From an uncultured Erysipelotrichaceae bacterium (GTDB lineage Bacteria > Bacillota_I > Bacilli_A > Erysipelotrichales > Erysipelotrichaceae): a stretch of DNA of 54,163 bases. Below the pieces are notes generated by a model that ran no database searches, was not told the DNA's origin, and saw only the letters and a list, made by a program, of their open reading frames with translations. Position numbers and translations under genes: made by a program. This document shows positions 17,243 through 27,355 of the stretch, piece after piece. Position 1 is the first letter of the stretch. Each line of letters starts with the position of its first letter. The stretch is from assembly GCA_902803055.1 (NCBI GenBank), contig CADCOR010000321.1:1-54163 (forward strand), written 5' to 3'.

Positions 17243-19462
17243 TTATTTTTTGCCGAAGAAGCGGATCTCGCCGAAGTGTTTCTTTTCTTCCTTGTTTTCT
17301 TCCTTTACTTCTTCAGTTTTTTCTTCCTTGCGCTTTTCTTTTTTGCCGTCGCTTTGCTTTTCAGGTTTAGGCAGCAGATCCTTGGCCGAGACATTTACTC
17401 TGCCCTTGTCATCGATCTCCATAACCTTGACTCTGATGATATCGCCGATCTTGAGGACATCTTCCGGACGGTCGACTCGCTCATGTTTGATCTTGGATAC
17501 ATGGAGTAAAGCATCCTGACCTTTGAACAGTTCAACGAAAGCACCGAACTTCTCAAGTCTGACGACTTTAGCATCATAGACTTCATTGATCTTGGCTTCT
17601 CTGGTGATATCATCGATCATCGCTTTAGCCTTTTCGATCGCTTCTTTTGAAGTGTGGTAGATCACGACTTTGCCATCATCATCGATATCGATCTTGACAT
17701 CGTCGCAGCTTTCAATGATCTCATTGATCGTCTTGCCGCCGGTACCGATAACTTCTCTGATCTTGTCAGTCGGGATCGTGAAGGTGACCATCTTCGGAGC
17801 GTATTCACTGACTTCTTCACGCGGTTTGTCGATAGCTGTAGCCATGTTGGCCAGAATTTCCATTCTGCCCTTATGAGCCTGTGCCAAAGCTTCCTTGAAG
17901 ATCTCGCGGGTGATGCCCTTGCACTTGATATCCATCTGCAAAGCAGTGATACCTTCGCTGGTGCCGGCAACCTTGAAGTCCATATCGCCATAATGGTCTT
18001 CCATACCCTGAATATCAGTTAAGATCGAATAGTTGTCTCCCGTGGTGATAAGACCCATAGCCACACCGGCTACCGGAGCCTTGATCGGAACACCGGCTGC
18101 CATTAATGACATCGTACCGGCACAGATCGAAGCCTGAGAACTTGAACCATTTGATTCGAGAACTTCAGCAACCGTTCTGATCGCGTATGGGAATTCTTCT
18201 TCAGAAGGCATGACCTGCAGCAGTGCTCTTTCACCTAAGGCACCATGACCGATCTCTCGGCGGCCTGGAGAACCCATTCTGCCTACTTCACCGACACTGT
18301 ATGGCGGGAAGTTGTACTGATGCATGAAACGTTTCTCTTCGATATCAGTAAGATCATCGACGATCTGATTGTCACCTAAAGGACCTAAAGTTGTAACAGA
18401 CAATACCTGTGTCTGGCCACGGGTAAACATGGCGGAACCATGAACACGCGGCAGGAGATCAACTTGTGAATCCAGAGGTCTGATTTCATCAAGCGCACGT
18501 CCATCCGGTCTGATCTTTTCTTCTGAGACAAGTCTTCTGACTTCGTTGGCAATGATCTCAGTGCAGTATTCACCGGCCTGTTTGGCCAGCTTATCAGCTT
18601 CTTTTTCGCTTAAGGACTCGTCATTGGCGAATCTTTCTTTCATCTCATTGGTGATATTTTCCTGTGCAGCATAAGATTCAAGTTTGTCATGAATCGAAAC
18701 GGCTGCTTCAAGTCTGGCCTTGCCGTTTTCATTGATAAAATCCTTGACACGCTGATCGATTTCGTAAAGGACGACTTCCATCTTAGGCTTGCCGACTTTG
18801 GCGATGATCTGCTCTTCCATCGCACAGAGTTCCTTGACGCGGTCATGACCGAACATCAGGGCATCGAGCATCAGTTCTTCACTCACTTCATGAGCACCGG
18901 CTTCTACCATGTTAAGCGCATCCTTGGTACCGGCAACGGTCAGATCGATAGCGGATCTGGATAACTGTTCAACGGAAGGATTGACGACAAACTCGCCATC
19001 TACATAACCGACCTTGACGCCGGCAATCGGACCATCAAACGGAATATTGGAAATGCACAGAGCCAAAGAGGCACCAAGCATAGCCGCCATCTCTGGTGAG
19101 CAGTCAGTATCAGTTGATAAGACAGTGTTGACGACCTGGACTTCATTTCTGAAACCTTCCGCAAATAACGGACGGATCGGTCTGTCGATCAGTCTGGCTG
19201 TTAAAGTGGCGTGTTCAGAAGGACGGCCTTCTCTTCTTAAGAAGCCTCCAGGAATTTTACCTACAGAATACAGTTTTTCTTCGAAAGATACTGTTAACGG
19301 GAAAAAGTCCGTATCTTTCGCAACATTAGAGGCACAGGCTGTTGATAACGTAACAGTATCACCATACCTGACCAGCACAGACCCTCCGGCCTGCTTAGCG
19401 ACTTCACCGGTCTCGACGCTTAACTTACGACCGTAGAAATCAAATTCAAATACTTCTTTCAT
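17243..19462 (-). CDS. pnp: polynucleotide phosphorylase with a Lys/Glu-rich C-terminal tail
   Basis: 739 aa. Two RNase PH domains, then KH and S1 domains ([17 protein letters not shown]), then a ~43-aa KE-rich tail. Confidence 0.97.
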   Translation of the reverse strand: MKEVFEFDFYGRKLSVETGEVAKQAGGSVLVRYGDTVTLSTACASNVAKDTDFFPLTVSFEEKLYSVGKIPGGFLRREGRPSEHATLTARLIDRPIRPLFAEGFRNEVQVVNTVLSTDTDCSPEMAAMLGASLALCISNIPFDGPIAGVKVGYVDGEFVVNPSVEQLSRSAIDLTVAGTKDALNMVEAGAHEVSEELMLDALMFGHDRVKELCAMEEQIIAKVGKPKMEVVLYEIDQRVKDFINENGKARLEAAVSIHDKLESYAAQENITNEMKERFANDESLSEKEADKLAKQAGEYCTEIIANEVRRLVSEEKIRPDGRALDEIRPLDSQVDLLPRVHGSAMFTRGQTQVLSVTTLGPLGDNQIVDDLTDIEEKRFMHQYNFPPYSVGEVGRMGSPGRREIGHGALGERALLQVMPSEEEFPYAIRTVAEVLESNGSSSQASICAGTMSLMAAGVPIKAPVAGVAMGLITTGDNYSILTDIQGMEDHYGDMDFKVAGTSEGITALQMDIKCKGITREIFKEALAQAHKGRMEILANMATAIDKPREEVSEYAPKMVTFTIPTDKIREVIGTGGKTINEIIESCDDVKIDIDDDGKVVIYHTSKEAIEKAKAMIDDITREAKINEVYDAKVVRLEKFGAFVELFKGQDALLHVSKIKHERVDRPEDVLKIGDIIRVKVMEIDDKGRVNVSAKDLLPKPEKQSDGKKEKRKEEKTEEVKEENKEEKKHFGEIRFFGKK

Positions 19463-19561
19463 TTTCTTTCTTTTCTCTTCTTTCTTAATTCAAACGTTAT
19501 AATTCTAACATAATATCTTGTTAAATATAAAATAAATAAGCAAGCAATAGGAAAATAATAT

Positions 19562-19567
19562 TATAAT
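19562..19567 (+). promoter_or_regulatory. -10 box (TATAAT) 6 nt upstream of the ATG at 19574; possible leaderless transcript
   Basis: TATAAT at 19562-19567. No SD lies between it and the start codon. Confidence 0.3.
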
Positions 19568-19573
19568 TTAATT

Positions 19574-20461
19574 ATGAGACTGAAACAGATAAGCAATGAA
19601 GAATTCAACAGCTACTCCCAGGTCGAACCGACATCTTCTATTTTCCAGACAACGATGTATGGCGAAAAGATGGCGGACAAGAATAAAAGAATCCTGTGTC
19701 TGGCAGCTTTTGACGATCACAATATCGTAGTCGGTCTGGCCATGTTTCTCATCCGCAAAGAAGGTTTTCTCTCTTTAAAACAGAGTGCCTACTGTCCTTG
19801 CGGCTATCTGGTCAACTACTACGACTTTGATACTCTGTCCGAATTCGACAGACTGGTCAAAGAATTCCTCAAAAATGAAAAAGTTTCCACGATCATCATC
19901 GATCCTCAGATCAGAGACAGTTTTCTGATTGAAGACAATCTCAACAGACTCAGCTACAGCAAAAAAGCAGTCTCAAGCCGCTATGAAATATCTTTAAAGA
20001 ATTTCAAATTCCCTGAGAATTATCCACTGATCTATAAATGCAAGGAGATCTCTTTTAACGAAGTCGATGACAGCAAGGAAGCTCATCCTTATCTTGAGAT
20101 CTGCCGCAGTTTCCCTTCCTATTCTCATCTCTATACGGTCTATATCGATGTTAATGCAACACTGGTACAGATCAGAGACAGTGAATATGATAAAACTGAT
20201 CTGTTCAATTACATCAGTTCTTTTGAAAAACAGGGCAATATCACTGTCGGCACCGCCGGCATTATTGAGTATGCCAGAAGATGTGATCTGCTGTTTGCGG
20301 ATGTCGCTACCGACAATCAGCACATCGATGGCCGCAAAGCTATTTTCTGCAGTGTTGGCAAAGTCCTGATTGAAAAAAAATACAAAAAGTTCTATTCTTT
20401 ACAATGTAGCGGTTGTCTGGATGAAAAACCACTGATCGGTGAGTTCAGCTCCGAATTATAA
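19574..20461 (+). CDS. FemAB-family (aminoacyl-tRNA-dependent peptidoglycan peptide-bridge transferase)-like protein
   Basis: 295 aa. The N-terminus follows the Fem pattern (ISNEEFNSYSQVEPTSSIFQTTMYGEKM...VVGLAMFLIRK). It is shorter than typical FemX. Confidence 0.5.
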   Translation: MRLKQISNEEFNSYSQVEPTSSIFQTTMYGEKMADKNKRILCLAAFDDHNIVVGLAMFLIRKEGFLSLKQSAYCPCGYLVNYYDFDTLSEFDRLVKEFLKNEKVSTIIIDPQIRDSFLIEDNLNRLSYSKKAVSSRYEISLKNFKFPENYPLIYKCKEISFNEVDDSKEAHPYLEICRSFPSYSHLYTVYIDVNATLVQIRDSEYDKTDLFNYISSFEKQGNITVGTAGIIEYARRCDLLFADVATDNQHIDGRKAIFCSVGKVLIEKKYKKFYSLQCSGCLDEKPLIGEFSSEL

Positions 20462-20537
20462 GCCGACTTAGCTCATCAGGTAGAGCAACGCACTCGTAAC
20501 GCGTAGGTGGTAGGTTCAAGTCCTATAGTCGGCACCA
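20462..20537 (+). tRNA. tRNA-Thr (anticodon CGU), CCA encoded
   Basis: Hand-folded cloverleaf. Acceptor GCCGACT/AGTCGGC, D-arm GCTC/GAGC, anticodon loop CTCGTAA, T-arm GTAGG-TTCAAGT-CCTAT, then ACCA. There is one A-C mismatch at 31-39. Confidence 0.9.
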
Positions 20538-20548
20538 GCTGTCAAAAC

Positions 20549-20578
20549 AAAGGTCTCGTTTCTGAGACCTTTTTGTTT
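20549..20578 (+). terminator. rho-independent terminator after tRNA-Thr
   Basis: aaaggtctc-gtttc-tgagaccttt followed by ttgttt. Confidence 0.7.
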
Positions 20579-20644
20579 AGGCGTTGGGAAAAGCTAAAAC
20601 CTTTTTCATTTGAACATATCCGATAATTCATATTGCGATTTCTT

Positions 20645-20689
20645 TCAAAAAGGGACAGTTTCAGGAGCTTTGTCGCCTGAAATTGTCCC
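20645..20689 (-). terminator. terminator of the DUF1349-like gene
   Basis: 14-bp stem gggacagtttcagg/cctgaaattgtccc (one G-U pair). The minus strand follows it with ttttt. Confidence 0.6.
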
Positions 20690-20719
20690 CTGGACTGCCT
20701 GGGTCTTTTCTGTTTGAAA

Positions 20720-21322
20720 TCATTGATCGGGCTGCTGTCCATCATGCGGCTTCCAGGCACACTCAGTGATCCTGATATCCGTAAAGACAGCTTTAAAACT
20801 TGAATCTTCGGGACTGCAGGCATAGATGCCAAAGCTGATCTTCCCTGCTCCTTCGTACATATGACAGATACGCATCTGAGAGAAAGTCCTGCCGTCTTTA
20901 GAACACTCGATACAGTAATCATCCTGTCTTCTGGAGAGACGATACCACATGGTCTTGACTTCAGCTGAAATAGAGGTCGTTGCCCAATCGGAATAGCCAT
21001 GATTGGTCACAACTGAACCAAGATGCTGAAAGGATTCATTTTCATACTCAACCGAAGCCTTAAGCCAGTTTTCACTGTCAAGATACATCGCGATCCCGCA
21101 CTGATCAAAACGCTGATGAGAGCTGCTGAAGTCTGTTTTTACAATAAAGGAAAAATACTTTTCTTCTGTCTCAAACTGCAATACAGGAGCATTATCATTG
21201 CGGAAGTGATAGTAGGTTCTTTGCCAGAGATCGGTATGAGGAGCCGTAGTTATCTCTACATAATCATCACCAATCTTATAATCAGATGGCTCCCTTATCC
21301 ATTTCATTTCCTTAAGATCCAT
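20720..21322 (-). CDS. DUF1349-like (concanavalin-A-like lectin/glucanase fold) protein
   Basis: MDLKEMKWIREPSDY...TAPHTDLWQRTYY...CGIAMY. The start at 21322 is preceded by ggagaggaa. The longer track ORF (to 21430) would cross a hairpin and the upstream gene. Confidence 0.6.
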   Translation of the reverse strand: MDLKEMKWIREPSDYKIGDDYVEITTAPHTDLWQRTYYHFRNDNAPVLQFETEEKYFSFIVKTDFSSSHQRFDQCGIAMYLDSENWLKASVEYENESFQHLGSVVTNHGYSDWATTSISAEVKTMWYRLSRRQDDYCIECSKDGRTFSQMRICHMYEGAGKISFGIYACSPEDSSFKAVFTDIRITECAWKPHDGQQPDQ

Positions 21323-21334
21323 TTCCTCTCCTTC

Positions 21335-21362
21335 CAACAATAAAGCGGAATAATTCCGCTTT
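21335..21362 (-). terminator. hairpin between the small membrane protein gene and the DUF1349-like gene
   Basis: aaagcggaa-taa-ttccgcttt palindromic stem. The minus strand follows it with attgtt. Confidence 0.35.
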
Positions 21363-21386
21363 GTCTTAACCGATAATAGTTTTTTA

Positions 21387-21785
21387 TCAGAGATCTCTTT
21401 TCTTATTATCACTTTTGAGATCTTTCGCAAATATGATGCAGATGATAAAGATGATACCGATGACGATCATCATGATACCCATGGTATTCATCAGATCACT
21501 GCCTCCTTTGTAGTAAAGAGTCAGGATGCCGTTGAGTATTTCCAGCACACCCGCAAAGATCAGAATGCCTTTGGTACAGAAAGTGATGCCAAAGACTCCG
21601 GCGATGATGTTGATGCCGGGCACGATATAGATCGACAGACGCAAAAGCGTTGCCTCAAAATCCGTATGAGGCAAGATCTTCATGATGATCCTGTCATTAT
21701 CAAACTGATAAGCGATCGCAAAATACATGACGACAGCGATGATCAGTTCCAGGATACAGATGAATCTGGCAATCTTCTTGAACAT
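21387..21785 (-). CDS. small polytopic membrane protein, uncharacterised
   Basis: 132 aa with four hydrophobic segments. No recognisable motif. Confidence 0.5.
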   Translation of the reverse strand: MFKKIARFICILELIIAVVMYFAIAYQFDNDRIIMKILPHTDFEATLLRLSIYIVPGINIIAGVFGITFCTKGILIFAGVLEILNGILTLYYKGGSDLMNTMGIMMIVIGIIFIICIIFAKDLKSDNKKRDL

Positions 21786-21794
21786 AGTTTTATT

Positions 21795-22526
21795 TTAATA
21801 GAATATTCTGATCAGATAAAGGCCGTTAGGGTCGGCATTATATCTCCTTGTGCCCTTACAGGGGTGATATAACATATCATCGATATCTTCAAGACTCTTT
21901 TTGCCTCTGCCAAGATCGATCAAAGTTCCGACCATGATCCTGACCATATTGCGCAGAAAACCGCTGCTGGTAACTCTGATTTTCAGCAGATCCTTTTGAC
22001 GGGTGATCTTAAACTCCGTGATCTCTCTGATCTGGATAGGATATTCCTTGAGACTGGAGGTATTGAAAGATGTGAAGTCGTGAATTCCGATGAATTTTTC
22101 AGCACCCTTTTTCATCAGCTCAACATCCAGTTTATAGAAACACTGATAGGCAAAGCCATTGAGAAAGACATCATATTCACCCAGATTGATCAGATATTCA
22201 TAAGTCTTCTTCTTGACTGAATAACGCGCGTGAAAGCTCTCTGGAACCTGTTTTACTTCTTTGACATGGATATCTTTCGGAAGCAGCGAATTCATCGAGA
22301 ACTTCAGTTTTCCTTCATTTTTAACAGCTGGTGAATCAAAATGAAAGACCTGCCCTTTCGCATGAACACCGGCATCGGTACGGGAAGACATGACGATGCG
22401 GATCTTTTCGGAAAAGATCTTCTGCAGAACTCCTTCAATTACATCCTGAATCGCCAAAGCATTGATCTGGGACTGAAAACCCGCATAATTGCGGCCGTCA
22501 TAGGCGATTGTAACTTTATATCTCAT
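21795..22526 (-). CDS. truA: tRNA pseudouridine(38-40) synthase
   Basis: 243 aa. MRYKVTIAYDGRNYAGFQSQ and catalytic SRTDAGVHA. Confidence 0.95.
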   Translation of the reverse strand: MRYKVTIAYDGRNYAGFQSQINALAIQDVIEGVLQKIFSEKIRIVMSSRTDAGVHAKGQVFHFDSPAVKNEGKLKFSMNSLLPKDIHVKEVKQVPESFHARYSVKKKTYEYLINLGEYDVFLNGFAYQCFYKLDVELMKKGAEKFIGIHDFTSFNTSSLKEYPIQIREITEFKITRQKDLLKIRVTSSGFLRNMVRIMVGTLIDLGRGKKSLEDIDDMLYHPCKGTRRYNADPNGLYLIRIFY

Positions 22527-23323
22527 AGAAATGATCGGCTGGCGATTGAGAAAGCAAGCACCAGGCCACAGATGAAGATGAACAGATAATCAGTGAATTT
22601 GAACTTCAGAACGTGATAGCGAGTCCGCTTGGCACCTGGTACATAGCCACGGGCTTCCATGGCATCAGCCAGTTCATAAGCTCTTTCAAAAGCGACCGAG
22701 AACAGCGGTACGATCAAAGAAAGGATGGCAGCGATCTTCTGCGAAAGCTTGCCATTTTCGAAATCGACACCACGTGATTTCTGGGCATTCATGATCCTGA
22801 TCGTTTCTTCAATGATCGTCGGAATGAAACGCAAAGCGATCGAAACCATCATGGCGACTTCATGGCTTGGGAAGTGGATGACTTCCAAAGGCTTAAGCAG
22901 CCATTCTATGCCAAGGGTCAGATCGAGCGGATTGGTTGTAGCCGTAAGTAAAGTCGTGATCGAGATCATCAGCAGCAGTCTGACAATGACAAACAGTGTA
23001 TTGAAGATCGCATCATGATAGATCGTAAAAGTGCCGATCGCAAACAGAGGCTCACCGGTCTTGACCGTCAAAGAGTTGATGATCAGCAGAAACAGCATCA
23101 TCATCAGCATCGGTTTGAAGGACTGGACGATCATCCTGATACCGATCTTGGCTGAAGCCAAAGCGATCGTCAGCAGGATCGCGATAACCAAGAAGACCCA
23201 CCAGCTCTTCGGAACGAAGACGGCGGCGATCATCAGGAAAAGACCGATCAGCTTGGCACGCGGATCGAGGCGATGCATCGGTGAATCGATAGGAATATAT
23301 TTGCCAAATACCAGATTGTTCAT
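22523..23323 (-). CDS. ecfT: ECF transporter transmembrane (T) component
   Basis: 266 aa polytopic protein with the ARG signature (AMEARGY). It lies downstream of two ECF ATPases. Confidence 0.9.
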   Translation of the reverse strand: MNNLVFGKYIPIDSPMHRLDPRAKLIGLFLMIAAVFVPKSWWVFLVIAILLTIALASAKIGIRMIVQSFKPMLMMMLFLLIINSLTVKTGEPLFAIGTFTIYHDAIFNTLFVIVRLLLMISITTLLTATTNPLDLTLGIEWLLKPLEVIHFPSHEVAMMVSIALRFIPTIIEETIRIMNAQKSRGVDFENGKLSQKIAAILSLIVPLFSVAFERAYELADAMEARGYVPGAKRTRYHVLKFKFTDYLFIFICGLVLAFSIASRSFL

Positions 23324-24171
23324 TTGAGCTGCCTTCCTATCTCTTCCGTGATACTGTCTAAAGTCCTGGCTTCATCGCTGAGTTTAAAGCCATTATCCTG
23401 TAAAAGATTCCTGAAGGTCACGATCTGCGGTTCAAGCAGATTGTATTCTTTCAGTAATTCTTTATTGCTGAACAGTTCAAAAGTCGAACCATGATATCTG
23501 ATCTTGCCATGAGAGAGTACAACTGTCTCATCACAATAGTTATAGACCATCTCATTGTCGTGGGAAACGATGATGATCGTCTTATGCAGTCTCTTATTCA
23601 GACTGATGAAAAGATCAATGATCTCTTTGGAACCATGCGGATCCAAGCCGGCAGTCGGTTCATCAAGCACGATGATCTTCGGATCACAGGCAATAATACC
23701 CGCGATCGCAACTCTTCTTTTCTGGCCGCCGGATAATTCCAAAGGTGAAACATCAAAATAGCTTTCATCGATATTGACCAGTTTAAGAGCTTCGGCAGCC
23801 ATCTTGAGTGCTTCATCAGGAAAGACACCGAAATTCAAAGGACCGAAAGCGACATCTTTAAGAACCGTTTCCTCAAAGAGCTGATATTCCGAGAACTGGA
23901 AGACCAGTCCGACATCTTTACGCAGTGGCTTCAAAAACTTCTGTTTCTGTCCCGCTACGATATTGTAATCAAGAATTTCCAAAGAGCCCTCATCCGGAAG
24001 CAATAAAGCGTTCAGATGCTCAACCAGTGTTGATTTGCCTGAACCAGTCTCCCCGATGATCGCTGTAATGACACCTTCTTTAATATCGAGGTTAATGTCA
24101 TCCAACGCTTTATGGGCATAGGGCATGCCTTTGTTGTAGATATAGCTTAATGATTTGAACGATATCGGCAT
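23320..24171 (-). CDS. ecfA2: ECF transporter ATPase A2
   Basis: 283 aa. Walker A GETGSGKST, signature LSGGQKRRV and Walker B IVLDEPTAGLD. Confidence 0.9.
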   Translation of the reverse strand: MPISFKSLSYIYNKGMPYAHKALDDINLDIKEGVITAIIGETGSGKSTLVEHLNALLLPDEGSLEILDYNIVAGQKQKFLKPLRKDVGLVFQFSEYQLFEETVLKDVAFGPLNFGVFPDEALKMAAEALKLVNIDESYFDVSPLELSGGQKRRVAIAGIIACDPKIIVLDEPTAGLDPHGSKEIIDLFISLNKRLHKTIIIVSHDNEMVYNYCDETVVLSHGKIRYHGSTFELFSNKELLKEYNLLEPQIVTFRNLLQDNGFKLSDEARTLDSITEEIGRQLK

Positions 24172-24971
24172 AACTGCTCCACCATCCCCTTCAGATCATC
24201 ATTTTTCAGTTTGATCTTTCTTTTCGCAAAAGCTTCTCTGATCTGTTCTACAAATGGAACATCCAGATCGATCTTTCGCAGCTTCTCGGCATCCGCAAAG
24301 ACCTTTTCGGGTTTGTCATGCATGAAAAGCTTTCCTTTATTCAAAACCACACAGTCATCAGACTGCAGCACTTCTTCAATATCATGTGTAATGGAAATGA
24401 TCGTGATGTCATCGCCTGCCGCCAGGTCATACATCAGCTTCTTGATCTCTTTCTTGCCCTTAGGGTCAAGCATCGAAGTGGCTTCATCAAAGATCAGGAT
24501 ATCCGGTTTCATCGCCAGGATACCAGCAATCGCCACACGCTGTTTCTGACCGCCGGAAAGATTCTGCGGTTCATATTCAAGATAGTCACTCAGACCGACT
24601 TTTTCAGAATACTCTCTGATGATCCCTTCCATCTGTTCGCTGGGGATCTGTCTGTTTTCCAGCCCAAAAGCGATATCATCCTTGACGGTCGAACCAATGA
24701 ACTGATTATCCGGGTTCTGAAAGACGATGCCCAGTCTTGTTCTGATTGCGGCGATATTGTCTTCATTTACTTCCAGACCGCCAACGGTGATTGAACCGCT
24801 TTTCACCGGCAGCAGACCGGCAATAAGTTTAGCCAGTGTGGATTTGCCTGAACCGTTATGACCGATGATCGTCACATAATCGCCCTGCTTGATATCAAAA
24901 GAAACACCATCAATGGCTTTATTCTGTTCGTTATAGGCGTAATATACATCTTTGATTTCTATCAGACTCAT
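24147..24971 (-). CDS. ecfA1: ECF transporter ATPase A1
   Basis: 274 aa. Walker A GHNGSGKST, signature LSGGQKQRV and Walker B LIFDEATSMLD. Confidence 0.9.
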   Translation of the reverse strand: MSLIEIKDVYYAYNEQNKAIDGVSFDIKQGDYVTIIGHNGSGKSTLAKLIAGLLPVKSGSITVGGLEVNEDNIAAIRTRLGIVFQNPDNQFIGSTVKDDIAFGLENRQIPSEQMEGIIREYSEKVGLSDYLEYEPQNLSGGQKQRVAIAGILAMKPDILIFDEATSMLDPKGKKEIKKLMYDLAAGDDITIISITHDIEEVLQSDDCVVLNKGKLFMHDKPEKVFADAEKLRKIDLDVPFVEQIREAFAKRKIKLKNDDLKGMVEQLCRYRSNH

Positions 24972-24980
24972 AATATGCGT

Positions 24981-25391
24981 TTATTTGCTTAACTGCTGCA
25001 GTTTTCTGTTTAGTGCTTCAAAAGCTTCCTTCAGGTCACTTATATCCTTGACTGTCATCTCCATCGGGCACATGCCATTGCCTTCACGATTGATGACATA
25101 ATCAACAAGCCTGTCATACTTATACGGGATATTATAGCGCTCAAAAATCTCCTGACCGGCCTTTGAAATGGTCAGGGCGTAGACATCTTTAACGCCTGAA
25201 AGCGTCAGAAGCATCGCTGATGCCTTGCCGATAATTTTATCTGCCGCACTCTGTCCTTTGAAGAAATAAAGGTCCTCTCTCATTGGTCCGATGACCGGCT
25301 TTATGCCCCGCTCGCAAGAGACGTAGCCGCTCGAAGTACAGATCGAATAGTCGTTTGCCAGAAGTTTTTCTTTTAATTCCATATATCCCAT
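24981..25391 (-). CDS. DUF1893 (TM1506-like) protein
   Basis: 136 aa. GIKPV..., DKIIGKASAMLL and GMCPMEMTV resemble the DUF1893 family as I remember it. Confidence 0.5.
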   Translation of the reverse strand: MGYMELKEKLLANDYSICTSSGYVSCERGIKPVIGPMREDLYFFKGQSAADKIIGKASAMLLTLSGVKDVYALTISKAGQEIFERYNIPYKYDRLVDYVINREGNGMCPMEMTVKDISDLKEAFEALNRKLQQLSK

Positions 25392-25445
25392 TATACATAA
25401 ATTTTTGCGTTATAATAATTTATAGAAAAAGGAGAATTTATATAT

Positions 25446-26411
25446 ATGCCATTAGTTACATCTAAAGAAATGTTTGAGAAAGCATATAATGGTGGCTATG
25501 CTATCGGAGCTTTCAATGTAAACAACATGGAAATTATTCAGGGTATCACTGAAGCTGCTAAAGAATGCAACGCTCCGGTCATTCTGCAGGTTTCCAAGGG
25601 CGCTAGAGCTTATGCCAACAGAACTTATCTGGTAAAACTGGTTGAAGCCGCCTGCATCGAAACAGGTTTGCCAATCGTTTTACATCTGGATCACGGTGAT
25701 TCATTTGAGATTTGCAAATCATGCATTGATGACGGCTTTACTTCCGTCATGATCGACTGCTCATCAAAACCATTCGAAGAGAATATCGCAATCACCAAAC
25801 AGGTCGTTGATTACGCTCACGCTCATGGTGTTGTTGTTGAAGCTGAATTAGGTACACTTGCCGGTGTTGAAGACGATGTCAAGGTCTCTGCTGAAGATTC
25901 ATCTTACACTAGACCTGAAGACGTTGAAGAATTTGTCAGAAGAACAGGCTGTGATTCATTAGCTATCGCTATCGGTACATCACACGGTGCCTACAAGTTC
26001 AAACCTGAACAGTGCACAAGAAATGAAGAAGGCATCCTCGTACCTCCACCACTCAGATTCGACATTCTTGAAGAAGTTTCAAGAAGACTCCCGGGCTTCC
26101 CGATCGTTCTCCACGGTTCATCATCTGTTCCACAGGAATATGTCAAGATGATCAACGAAAACGGCGGCAATATGCCTGATGCTGTAGGTGTTCCAGAGGA
26201 ACAGCTCAGAGAAGCTTCCAAGCTCGCTGTCTGCAAGATCAATATCGACTCTGACTTGCGTCTGGCCATGACTGGTACGATCCGTAAGTTCTTCAATGAA
26301 CATCCAGAGAAGTTTGACCCGCGTGAATATCTCAAACCAGCCAGAGAAAACATCAAACAGCTTGTCAAACACAAGATCGTCGATGTCTTAGGCTGCGACA
26401 ACAAGATCTAA
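25446..26411 (+). CDS. fba: class II fructose-1,6-bisphosphate aldolase
   Basis: 321 aa. GAFNVNNME, HLDHG, GTSHGAYKF and LHGSSSVP motifs. Confidence 0.95.
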   Translation: MPLVTSKEMFEKAYNGGYAIGAFNVNNMEIIQGITEAAKECNAPVILQVSKGARAYANRTYLVKLVEAACIETGLPIVLHLDHGDSFEICKSCIDDGFTSVMIDCSSKPFEENIAITKQVVDYAHAHGVVVEAELGTLAGVEDDVKVSAEDSSYTRPEDVEEFVRRTGCDSLAIAIGTSHGAYKFKPEQCTRNEEGILVPPPLRFDILEEVSRRLPGFPIVLHGSSSVPQEYVKMINENGGNMPDAVGVPEEQLREASKLAVCKINIDSDLRLAMTGTIRKFFNEHPEKFDPREYLKPARENIKQLVKHKIVDVLGCDNKI

Positions 26412-26423
26412 CAAAGCATAAAA

Positions 26424-26460
26424 ATGGTGCATCAGCAGATGCACCATATTTTTATTTTTT
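26424..26460. terminator. bidirectional terminator (fba / GNAT gene)
   Basis: atggtgcatc-agca-gatgcaccat followed by atttttatttttt. It overlaps the stop of the convergent GNAT gene. Confidence 0.7.
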
Positions 26461-26889
26461 CTTGTATAGAGAAGCACTGTGGAAGATCATTCCCACTTCA
26501 TCAATATAGAAGTGCAGGATCGCCTTGTAATTCTTGGTGGCTGTACAGGCGACTATGTATTCTTCTTCGACCTGTTCTTCCATATATTTGAATAGCGCTT
26601 TGCCTGCTCCCTTATTCCGATATTCCTTCTCAACAAATATCTCCATGACCTCAAAACAGTCTTTGTCCAGCGGGACAGCAGAACGCATGCTTTCTTTCCT
26701 TGTTTTATGGCCAAACAGATAGCCGATGATCTTGCCGTCTTGGGCTGCAAGAAAGATCCTGTTGCCTTCTATGTCCTCTTTCTTATTTGCGCGATAGCCA
26801 TAGCAACTGTTTTCTGCTTCCCATTTCTCAGAAAGCCTGATCAGCTCTTCATAGATTTTATCGTCGGCTTTGACTTCACTTATCTTCAT
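26452..26889 (-). CDS. GNAT-family N-acetyltransferase
   Basis: 145 aa. Acetyl-CoA motif [16 protein letters not shown]. Confidence 0.8.
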   Translation of the reverse strand: MKISEVKADDKIYEELIRLSEKWEAENSCYGYRANKKEDIEGNRIFLAAQDGKIIGYLFGHKTRKESMRSAVPLDKDCFEVMEIFVEKEYRNKGAGKALFKYMEEQVEEEYIVACTATKNYKAILHFYIDEVGMIFHSASLYKKK

Positions 26890-27355
26890 CGATCAGACAG
26901 ACGGCTTCGGCCAGCACGCCTTCACCTCTTCCCACAAAGCCCAGGCCTTCGCCTCTGGTCGCTTTGACATTGATCTGAGAAATATCGCAATGCAGGTGCT
27001 CGGCTATATTTTTACGCATCTCATCGATATGCGGAGCCATTTTTGGTTTCTCGATATTGATCAAAGAATCAATATTTACCACTTTATAGCCATTATCTTT
27101 GAGCAGCTTGTAGGTATGATCCAGCAGCAGCAAGGACGAAACGCCTTTATACTTCGGATCGGTATCCGGGAAATGCGTGCCGATATCCTTTAAGCCCATT
27201 GCCCCGATCAGTGATTCGATGATCGCGTGCAGCAGCGCATCTGCATCGGAATGACCCAGCAGACCTTTTTCATAAGGGATCTTCACGCCGCCAAGGATCA
27301 GATCTCGGCCTTCCACCAGTTTATGTATATCTCTTGACTGACCTATTCTCATCAT
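26876..27355 (-). CDS. ispF: 2-C-methyl-D-erythritol 2,4-cyclodiphosphate synthase
   Basis: 159 aa. [23 protein letters not shown] and [15 protein letters not shown]. Confidence 0.95.
   Translation of the reverse strand: MMRIGQSRDIHKLVEGRDLILGGVKIPYEKGLLGHSDADALLHAIIESLIGAMGLKDIGTHFPDTDPKYKGVSSLLLLDHTYKLLKDNGYKVVNIDSLINIEKPKMAPHIDEMRKNIAEHLHCDISQINVKATRGEGLGFVGRGEGVLAEAVCLIDEDK

Noticed and set aside
20542-21000. 152-aa minus-strand ORF spanning the 3' end of the DUF1349-like gene and its terminator.
   Set aside because: It is out of frame with a motif-bearing CDS, runs through a 14-bp terminator hairpin, and has no SD or recognisable domain.
21323-21430. N-terminal 36-codon extension of the DUF1349-like ORF in the ORF track.
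   Set aside because: The extension would overlap the upstream membrane-protein gene and cross a hairpin. The internal ATG at 21322 has a strong ggagagg SD and matches the usual family N-terminus.
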